Below are positions 57,718 to 64,000 of a stretch of DNA of 64,000 nt, in pieces. How positions within the stretch are numbered: position 1 is the first letter of the stretch; the number at the start of each line of letters is the position of its first letter. The notes under the pieces were generated by a model that made no database searches, was not told the DNA's origin, and saw only the letters and a list, made by a program, of their open reading frames with translations. The stretch covers positions 12,227-76,226 of the forward strand of contig QXYM01000031.1 of NCBI GenBank assembly GCA_009886945.1. Reading direction: 5' to 3'. The position numbers and the translations under genes are program-made. Source of the stretch: Litorivicinus sp. Its GTDB lineage: Bacteria > Pseudomonadota > Gammaproteobacteria > Pseudomonadales > Litorivicinaceae.

Positions 57718-58152
57718 TTACGCTTCGACCTTGCCGCCAGCGGCTTCGACTGCAGCTTGAGCACCCTTGGTGATCTTCAAGCCTTTGACAGTCATCGCGC
57801 GAGTGATTTCACCAGCCAAGATGATTTTCACGTCTTTGATGTTTTCACCAATGAGTCGTGCTTGACGCAACGAGTCCATCGTGACTTCATCACCTTGGAT
57901 CTTGTTCAGTTCCGCTAAGCGGATCTCGTCACGAGTCAAACTCTTGCGTGATGTAAAACCAAACTTCGGCAGGCGACGCTGCAATGGCATTTGACCGCCT
58001 TCGAAACCAGGCTTCACTGAACCACCGGAACGCGACTTCAACCCTTTATGACCACGACCACCAGTTTTACCCAAACCAGAGCCGATGCCACGGCCAACAC
58101 GCTTTTTATCCGTGCGTGAGCCAGGAGCCGGAGATAAGCCGTTTAAACGCAT
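57718..58152 (-). CDS. rplO: 50S ribosomal protein L15
   Basis: The sequence [37 protein letters not shown] identifies L15. Confidence 0.97.
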   Translation of the reverse strand: MRLNGLSPAPGSRTDKKRVGRGIGSGLGKTGGRGHKGLKSRSGGSVKPGFEGGQMPLQRRLPKFGFTSRKSLTRDEIRLAELNKIQGDEVTMDSLRQARLIGENIKDVKIILAGEITRAMTVKGLKITKGAQAAVEAAGGKVEA

Positions 58153-58343
58153 TATGCTTCTCCTTCAATGCGAACGAGGTAGTTGACCTTGTTGATCATT
58201 CCACGAACGCTGGGTGTATCTTCAACTTCAACTGTCTGATGCATACGCTTCAAGCCAAGACCCTTGACACACAGTTTGTGCTTTGGATTTTGACGGATTG
58301 GGCTACGCACCAATGTCACTTTCAACATTTTTTTCTTCGCCAT
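58152..58343 (-). CDS. rpmD: 50S ribosomal protein L30
   Basis: The sequence [28 protein letters not shown] and the position between rpsE and rplO identify L30. Confidence 0.95.
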   Translation of the reverse strand: MAKKKMLKVTLVRSPIRQNPKHKLCVKGLGLKRMHQTVEVEDTPSVRGMINKVNYLVRIEGEA

Positions 58344-58354
58344 GTCTCTAATCC

Positions 58355-58861
58355 TTAGCCGAGAATTTCTTCGACTGATTTGCCACGACGAGCTGCAACG
58401 TCTTCCGGAGATTGCATCTCTGAAAGCGCTTTGATCGTTGCACGAACCACGTTAGCGGGGTTCGTTGAGCCGTAACACTTCGCCAATACGTTCTGCACAC
58501 CAGCGATTTCCAACACCGCACGCATCGCACCACCGGCGATGACGCCAGTACCCTGTGATGCGGGCTGCATGTAAACCTTGGCAGAGCCGTGGGCCGCTTT
58601 GGTTGGGTATTGAATGGTGTCCCCATCCAGCTTGACAGAAACCATGTTGCGGCGGGCCGCTTCCATCGCTTTCTGAATCGCCGCTGGCACTTCGCGCGCT
58701 TTACCGCGACCGTATCCAACTTTCCCATTTCCATCGCCAACCACAGTCAATGCTGTGAAGCTGAAAATCCGGCCACCTTTAACAACTTTGGCAACCCGAT
58801 TCACCTGAACCAGCTTTTCTTGCAGATCGCCCTGCTGCTGTGTTTCTACTTTTGCGTTCAT
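58355..58861 (-). CDS. rpsE: 30S ribosomal protein S5
   Basis: The sequence [39 protein letters not shown] identifies S5. Confidence 0.97.
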   Translation of the reverse strand: MNAKVETQQQGDLQEKLVQVNRVAKVVKGGRIFSFTALTVVGDGNGKVGYGRGKAREVPAAIQKAMEAARRNMVSVKLDGDTIQYPTKAAHGSAKVYMQPASQGTGVIAGGAMRAVLEIAGVQNVLAKCYGSTNPANVVRATIKALSEMQSPEDVAARRGKSVEEILG

Positions 58862-58870
58862 CGGATCCCC

Positions 58871-59221
58871 TTAAAACTCAAGTCCACCTTCACGGGCTGC
58901 GTCGGCTAGAGCCTTCACACGTCCGTGATAACGGAAACCGGAGCGGTCAAATGCAACCGCCTGAATTCCTTTTTCCTTCGCCCGTTCAGCGATCCGCTTG
59001 CCGACTTCTGCAGCCGCATCCACGTTTCCGCCGTTCTTCTCACGAAGGTCCTTATCCAGTGTCGATGCTGTACAAATCACGTTGGATCCATCGCCAGAAA
59101 TAATCTGGGCGTAGATGTGACGTGGTGTACGATGCACGCACAAACGATTTGCGCCTAATTCGCGCATTTTGGCGCGTGCACGGCGAGCGCGACGCAACCG
59201 GGCTTTTTTCTTGTCCATCAT
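58871..59221 (-). CDS. rplR: 50S ribosomal protein L18
   Basis: The sequences [16 protein letters not shown] and [27 protein letters not shown] identify L18. Confidence 0.97.
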   Translation of the reverse strand: MMDKKKARLRRARRARAKMRELGANRLCVHRTPRHIYAQIISGDGSNVICTASTLDKDLREKNGGNVDAAAEVGKRIAERAKEKGIQAVAFDRSGFRYHGRVKALADAAREGGLEF

Positions 59222-59232
59222 GTCGGCTCTCC

Positions 59233-59766
59233 TTACTTCTTCTTCGCTTCTTTACGACGCACATACTCATCTGAGTAACGCACACCCTTGCCTTTGTAGG
59301 GCTCTGGTGGGCGGTATGCGCGGATTTCTGCAGCGACCTGACCAAGCAACTGCTTATCGGCTGACTTCAGCACGATTTCAGTCTGACTTGGTGTTTCTGC
59401 AGTCACACCTTGTGGCAGGTTATGAACCACGGGATGTGAGAAACCAAGAGTCAAGTTGATCGCAGACCCTTGAACCTGGGCACGATAACCGACGCCGATG
59501 AGAGTCAACTTCTTTTCGAAGCCATCAGCGACACCCGTGACCATGTTATTGACGATTGCACGAGCTGTACCAGCTTGCGCCCAACCATCTGCAGCGCCTT
59601 CGCGCGGCTCAAACGTCAATACGTTATCCGCTTGATTCACAGCCACTGCATCATTTAAGGAAATTGACAATGTGCCGTTTTTTCCTTTGACAGTGACATC
59701 CTGACCAGCGATGTTGACATCAACACCCGATGGCAATTCGATCGGAGCTTTTGCAATACGAGACAT
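59233..59766 (-). CDS. rplF: 50S ribosomal protein L6
   Basis: The sequence [28 protein letters not shown] starts at the ATG at 59766. The longer ORF from the track would overlap rpsH. Confidence 0.96.
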   Translation of the reverse strand: MSRIAKAPIELPSGVDVNIAGQDVTVKGKNGTLSISLNDAVAVNQADNVLTFEPREGAADGWAQAGTARAIVNNMVTGVADGFEKKLTLIGVGYRAQVQGSAINLTLGFSHPVVHNLPQGVTAETPSQTEIVLKSADKQLLGQVAAEIRAYRPPEPYKGKGVRYSDEYVRRKEAKKK

Positions 59767-59776
59767 CAATAACTCC

Positions 59777-60172
59777 TTAGAATACTGTGCAGAGCACTTC
59801 GCCACCGATACCGGCTTTGCGTGCTTCGCGGTCAGTCATCAAACCTTTCGACGTCGAGATGATGGCAATCCCGAGACCACCTTGTACTTTTGGCAAGGTC
59901 TCCTTCCCTTCATACCGACGCAAACCTGGACGACTTGAACGTTTAATTTCACGGATCACTGGACGACCTTCGTGATACCGAAGATCGACTGTCAATGTTG
60001 ACTTCACACCTGCGTCATCAACGTTGTATCCACCCAAAAATCCTTCGTCAGCGAGTACCCGGGCAAGTGCAACCTTCTGTTTTGAAGAAGGCATAGAGAC
60101 CGCAGTTTTACCTGCCATCTGCCCGTTGCGGATGCGAGTGAACATATCCGCCAAAGTATCTTGCATGCTCAT
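59777..60172 (-). CDS. rpsH: 30S ribosomal protein S8
   Basis: The sequence [20 protein letters not shown] identifies S8. Confidence 0.97.
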   Translation of the reverse strand: MSMQDTLADMFTRIRNGQMAGKTAVSMPSSKQKVALARVLADEGFLGGYNVDDAGVKSTLTVDLRYHEGRPVIREIKRSSRPGLRRYEGKETLPKVQGGLGIAIISTSKGLMTDREARKAGIGGEVLCTVF

Positions 60173-60187
60173 TTTCTAAATCACTCC

Positions 60188-60493
60188 TTACCAGCTGGCC
60201 TTTTTCAGACCAGGAACTTCACCGCGCATCATCGTTTCGCGCAGCTTAATCCGGGACAGGCCAAACTTACGGTAGACCGCGTGTGGACGACCAGTCACAC
60301 GACACCGACGCTGTAAACGCACTGCAGAGGCGTCACGTGGCATCTTTTGCAGCTTCTGCTGCGCGTCCCACACTTCTTCATCTGTTGCGTTTGGATTGGC
60401 GATTGTCGCTTTCAATTCCTTACGCTTCGCTGCGAACCGAGCAACCGTCTTTTGACGCTTCAGTTCACGTTCTTTCATTGATTTCTTAGCCAC
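60188..60493 (-). CDS. rpsN: 30S ribosomal protein S14 (long, non-zinc type)
   Basis: The sequences [17 protein letters not shown] and [24 protein letters not shown] identify S14. Confidence 0.97.
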   Translation of the reverse strand: MAKKSMKERELKRQKTVARFAAKRKELKATIANPNATDEEVWDAQQKLQKMPRDASAVRLQRRCRVTGRPHAVYRKFGLSRIKLRETMMRGEVPGLKKASW

Positions 60494-60503
60494 CTAACGC
60501 TCC

Positions 60504-61043
60504 TCAGTTACGGAATGGGAAGTTGAACGCCTTCAAAAGCGCTTTGCCTTCCTCATCAGTGTCAGCCGATGTGGTGATGGTGATGTCCAGTCCACGGATC
60601 GCATCCACTTTGTCATAATCGATTTCAGGGAACATGATCTGCTCGCGCACACCCATCGAGTAGTTCCCACGACCGTCAAACGACTTACCGTTCAACCCGC
60701 GGAAATCACGAATCCGTGGGATTGAGATCGCAATCAGACGATCCAAGAATTCCCACATGTGCTCACCACGCAAGGTGACCTTGCAGCCAATCGGCCAACC
60801 GTCACGGATCTTAAAGCCCGCAATCGACTTGCGTGCCTTGGTCACCACAGGCTTCTGTCCGGCGATCGCCGTCATGTCCCGTACTGCGTTTTCGATCTGC
60901 TTCTTATCCGCAACTGCCTCGCCAACACCCATATTGAGAGTGATTTTCTTGACGCGCGGCACTTGCATCACGTTTTTGTACGCGAACTCTTTCAAGAGCT
61001 CCGGTACGACTTTTTCTTTGTAGACTTGTTGTAGTCTCGCCAT
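60504..61043 (-). CDS. rplE: 50S ribosomal protein L5
   Basis: The sequence [39 protein letters not shown] identifies L5. Confidence 0.97.
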   Translation of the reverse strand: MARLQQVYKEKVVPELLKEFAYKNVMQVPRVKKITLNMGVGEAVADKKQIENAVRDMTAIAGQKPVVTKARKSIAGFKIRDGWPIGCKVTLRGEHMWEFLDRLIAISIPRIRDFRGLNGKSFDGRGNYSMGVREQIMFPEIDYDKVDAIRGLDITITTSADTDEEGKALLKAFNFPFRN

Positions 61044-61073
61044 GGCTTCTTTCTCGCTCCTAGGCGCAGGGGC

Positions 61074-61394
61074 TTACGCCCCGACTTCCTTACCAGTGGA
61101 CTTAAACACCCGTACTTTGGTGCCGTCCTCGTTTACACGAAAACCAACGCGTTCTGCTTTGTCATTTTCAGGGTTAAACAGCGCTACGTTCGAGATATGA
61201 AGCGGAGCTTCTTTCTCAACGATGCCGCCCTGCTTGCCAAGCATTGGGTTTGGTTTCATATGCTTTTTCATCAGGTTGACACCTGACACCAACACGCGGT
61301 TATCTGGACGCACTTGCAATACTTTGCCGCGGCGTCCTTTGTCTTTACCCGCGATTACGACGACTTCATCGTCACGACGAATTTTTGCTGCCAT
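61074..61394 (-). CDS. rplX: 50S ribosomal protein L24
   Basis: The sequence [25 protein letters not shown] identifies L24. Confidence 0.97.
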   Translation of the reverse strand: MAAKIRRDDEVVVIAGKDKGRRGKVLQVRPDNRVLVSGVNLMKKHMKPNPMLGKQGGIVEKEAPLHISNVALFNPENDKAERVGFRVNEDGTKVRVFKSTGKEVGA

Positions 61395-61405
61395 CGATCT
61401 GCCCC

Positions 61406-61774
61406 TTACAACACTTCAGGCGCAAGTGAGATGATTTTCATAAACTTCTCACTCCGCAGTTCACGCGTGACTGGCCCGAAAATACGAGTCCCAATTGGCG
61501 CTAGGTTGGTGTTCAAAAGAACCGCCGCGTTACCATCGAATTTAATCAATGAACCGTCTTGACGACGAACGCCACTGCGAGTCCGAACGACAACTGCGTT
61601 CATGACCTGACCTTTCTTCACTTTGCCGCGAGGAATCGCTTCTTTCACGGTGACCTTAATAATGTCGCCGATCCGGGCATAGCGACGCTTTGAGCCGCCG
61701 AGCACTTTGATACACATCACACGACGCGCACCTGAGTTGTCAGCTACCTCAAGCATACTTTCTGCTTGAATCAT
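61406..61774 (-). CDS. rplN: 50S ribosomal protein L14
   Basis: The sequence [28 protein letters not shown] identifies L14. Confidence 0.97.
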   Translation of the reverse strand: MIQAESMLEVADNSGARRVMCIKVLGGSKRRYARIGDIIKVTVKEAIPRGKVKKGQVMNAVVVRTRSGVRRQDGSLIKFDGNAAVLLNTNLAPIGTRIFGPVTRELRSEKFMKIISLAPEVL

Positions 61775-61786
61775 GATTCCCCTCCG

Positions 61787-62053
61787 TTAAACCTGAACAG
61801 CACGCTCAGTGATTTCAACGAGACGGTACGCTTTCGACTTCGAAAGCGGACGACACTCAGAAATCGTGACTGTGTCACCAATCTGGCACTCGTTGTTCTC
61901 ATCATGAGCAGCAATCTTTGAGGAGCGCTTCACGTACTTACCGTACAGTGGGTGCTTCTCAAAACGCTCTACCAATACGCTGATGGTTTTGTCGCCTTTA
62001 TTTGAGACAACCTTTCCGCTCAGTGTCCGAACTATTGTTGTTGCTTCGGTCAT
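61787..62053 (-). CDS. rpsQ: 30S ribosomal protein S17
   Basis: The sequences [32 protein letters not shown] and [14 protein letters not shown] identify S17. Confidence 0.97.
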   Translation of the reverse strand: MTEATTIVRTLSGKVVSNKGDKTISVLVERFEKHPLYGKYVKRSSKIAAHDENNECQIGDTVTISECRPLSKSKAYRLVEITERAVQV

Positions 62054-62244
62054 GCCGCTACCTCCTTCTGCGCGATCACTGTCTTGATGCGCGCGATGTC
62101 ACGACGGACCTGACCCAACAAGTGTGTCTGAGCCAGCTGACCTGTGGCTTTTGCCATATTCAGATTGAACTGTTCACGACGTAGCGTAAGCAGCTCTTCT
62201 TTCAGCTCAGCAACGTTTTTTTCACGTAACTCTGATGCTTTCAT
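62050..62244 (-). CDS. rpmC: 50S ribosomal protein L29
   Basis: The sequence [30 protein letters not shown] identifies L29. Confidence 0.97.
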   Translation of the reverse strand: MKASELREKNVAELKEELLTLRREQFNLNMAKATGQLAQTHLLGQVRRDIARIKTVIAQKEVAA

Positions 62245-62657
62245 TACATTACCGTCCGACTAACGAAGGTGGTTTTGAATGGAAGCTTCGATGCCGCAAG
62301 CGTAAATGCTTCGCGCGCCACTTCTTCAGACACACCTTCAATTTCATATAAAACACGACCTGGCTGAATCTGGCATACCCAGTATTCAACAGAGCCTTTA
62401 CCTTTACCCTGACGCACTTCCAAAGGCTTCTGGGTAATTGGCTTATCAGGGAAAACCCGAATCCATAACTTACCGCCACGTTTCACGCGACGAGTAATGG
62501 TTCGACGGGCTGCCTCAATCTGACGCGCCGTCATGCGACCACGACCGGTCGCTTTTAGAGCGAATTCACCAAAGCTTACTTTGGAGCCGCGCTCTGCTAG
62601 GCCACGATTCCGGCCTTTTTGCATTTTGCGGAATTTCATCCGTTTCGGTTGCAGCAT
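62244..62657 (-). CDS. rplP: 50S ribosomal protein L16
   Basis: The sequence [21 protein letters not shown] identifies L16. Confidence 0.97.
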   Translation of the reverse strand: MLQPKRMKFRKMQKGRNRGLAERGSKVSFGEFALKATGRGRMTARQIEAARRTITRRVKRGGKLWIRVFPDKPITQKPLEVRQGKGKGSVEYWVCQIQPGRVLYEIEGVSEEVAREAFTLAASKLPFKTTFVSRTVM

Positions 62658-62669
62658 CGTCTTCTTCCC

Positions 62670-63353
62670 TTAGCGAGCAGCTTTCGCGCGAGCCTGTTCA
62701 CGGCTAGCACGGACTGCTTCAATTCCACCAAGGATCTCACCTTTGAAGATCCACACTTTGATACCGATCACGCCATATGTGGTGTGTGCCTCATACGTCG
62801 AGTAGTCGATATCTGCACGCAATGTGTGCAGTGGAACGCGACCTTCGCGATACCACTCTGTCCGCGCGATTTCAGCACCGCCCAAACGACCTGAAACCTG
62901 AACACGAATCCCTTCAGCACCAGCTCGCATCGCGTTTTGAACCGCACGCTTCATCGCACGACGGAACATCACACGACGCTCTAACTGGCCTGCGATATTC
63001 TGCGCAACCAAACGCGCATCAAGCTCAGGCTTTCTGATCTCTTCGATGTTGATCTGAACTGGGATACCCATCATCTGTGTCAGTTCTTTGCGAAGCGCTT
63101 CCACGTCTTCACCTTTCTTACCGATCACGATGCCTGGACGCGCCGTTTGCAACGTAACACGTGCATTCTGCGCAGGACGCTCAATCAAGATCTTTGAAAT
63201 CTGAGCGTTCTTCAGTTTCGCATCAAGGAACTCACGGACCTTAATGTCATCGAATAATTTATCTGCATAATCACCACGTTCGGCATACCAAATCGACGTG
63301 TGATCCTTGGTAATCCCGAGGCGGATGCCATTCGGGTGTACTTTCTGACCCAT
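62670..63353 (-). CDS. rpsC: 30S ribosomal protein S3
   Basis: The sequence [24 protein letters not shown] starts at the ATG at 63353. The longer ORF from the track overlaps rplV. Confidence 0.97.
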   Translation of the reverse strand: MGQKVHPNGIRLGITKDHTSIWYAERGDYADKLFDDIKVREFLDAKLKNAQISKILIERPAQNARVTLQTARPGIVIGKKGEDVEALRKELTQMMGIPVQINIEEIRKPELDARLVAQNIAGQLERRVMFRRAMKRAVQNAMRAGAEGIRVQVSGRLGGAEIARTEWYREGRVPLHTLRADIDYSTYEAHTTYGVIGIKVWIFKGEILGGIEAVRASREQARAKAAR

Positions 63354-63364
63354 AATGTTCCTCC

Positions 63365-63700
63365 TCAGGCCTGTCCGACTTTGACAGTGATATGACATGA
63401 CCGCTTAAAAATCCGGTCTGCGCGACCCTTCGCACGCGGGCGAATTCGCTTCATAGTCATACCCTCATCGACGAAGACTGTTGTGACCTTCAGATCATCA
63501 ACGTCAGCGCCTTCATTGTGTTCTGCGTTCGCAATGGCACTCTCAAGAACTTTCTTGACAATATGCGCCGCTTTCTTCGTTGAGAAGTTCAGCGTATTGA
63601 GCGCTTCTTCAACGTGCTTCCCGCGAATCTGGTCTGCGACCAGGCGCGCCTTCTGAGCAGAAAGTCGAGCGCCTTTTAAACGTGCTTGCACTTCATTCAT
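63365..63700 (-). CDS. rplV: 50S ribosomal protein L22
   Basis: The sequence [35 protein letters not shown] identifies L22. Confidence 0.97.
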   Translation of the reverse strand: MNEVQARLKGARLSAQKARLVADQIRGKHVEEALNTLNFSTKKAAHIVKKVLESAIANAEHNEGADVDDLKVTTVFVDEGMTMKRIRPRAKGRADRIFKRSCHITVKVGQA

Positions 63701-63715
63701 GGCTACACCTAATCC

Positions 63716-63991
63716 TTAACGCTTCGACTTTTTGTCGGCAACGTGACCACGGTAGTTACGCGTGACCGCGAACTCACCTAACTTGTGACCAACCATGTCT
63801 TCGTTGATCAAAACAGGAACATGTTGTTTCCCGTTGTGAACAGCGATGGTTAATCCCACCATATTTGGAACAATCATCGAGCGACGCGACCAAGTCTTAA
63901 TCGGACGACGATCATTTGCCTCAGAAGCCGCCTCGACCTTCTTCAGAAGGTGGAGATCGACGAATGGGCCCTTTTTCAATGAACGTGGCAT
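63716..63991 (-). CDS. rpsS: 30S ribosomal protein S19
   Basis: The sequence [20 protein letters not shown]...[16 protein letters not shown] identifies S19. Confidence 0.97.
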   Translation of the reverse strand: MPRSLKKGPFVDLHLLKKVEAASEANDRRPIKTWSRRSMIVPNMVGLTIAVHNGKQHVPVLINEDMVGHKLGEFAVTRNYRGHVADKKSKR

Positions 63992-64000
63992 TGATCTCTC

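Noticed and set aside
1-64000. A search for tRNA, rRNA, tmRNA, CRISPR repeats, IS elements or transposases, integrases other than xerD, phage genes, toxin-antitoxin pairs and known defence-system domains.
   Set aside because: The non-coding gaps are all 229 nt or shorter, and none shows a cloverleaf-like or repeat-spacer structure by eye. No ORF translation shows transposase, nuclease-NTPase or other defence hallmarks. A tRNAscan, Infernal or repeat-finder run would be needed to make the negative result firm.

Overview
This window looks like a gammaproteobacterial chromosomal core segment with roughly balanced GC by eye. It is densely coding and mostly housekeeping. From left to right it contains: prfB (partial, with the classic +1 frameshift), an RND efflux pair, gloA, and an amino-acid ABC importer that has no ATPase gene. 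These are followed by a Gpt-like phosphoribosyltransferase, maeB, and a divergent LysR/DoxX pair. Next comes a roughly 16 kb co-directional minus-strand gene train: ffh, rpsP-rimM-trmD-rplS, a Crp-family regulator, a multi-pass membrane protein, xerD, dsbC, an aminotransferase, hom, thrC, recJ, an IclR regulator, an ABC-2 exporter and an SDR. After that come ypjD/corC-like genes, two divergent NUDIX genes, and a csrA copy directly upstream of a second RND efflux pair. Then follow a TatD-like gene, prfC, and a PHA locus (phaC | phaR phaP). Further right are an AcuI-like reductase, a GshB-like ATP-grasp gene next to an orphan pterin-4a-carbinolamine dehydratase, class I fumarase, fabA-fabB-GST, a degenerate RmlD-like gene, and ssb | uvrA. 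The window ends with the alpha/spc/S10 ribosomal clusters, rplQ back to rpsS, including rpmJ, which the ORF track misses. I found no rRNA, tRNA, CRISPR array, transposase, phage gene or obvious defence or toxin-antitoxin module. I do not see a convincing self-contained novel system. The most interesting leads are four. (1) The csrA copy has five GGAC(A/G)A motifs in its upstream region and sits 42 nt upstream of an RND pump. (2) The GshB-like ATP-grasp gene is paired with an orphan PCD. (3) A Crp-family regulator starts 6 nt after rplS and is followed by a TehA/SLAC1-like membrane protein in the variable slot before xerD. (4) The phaP promoter has a clearly readable repeat and palindrome operator architecture. 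All functional calls come from reading motifs in the translations. No database search was run.
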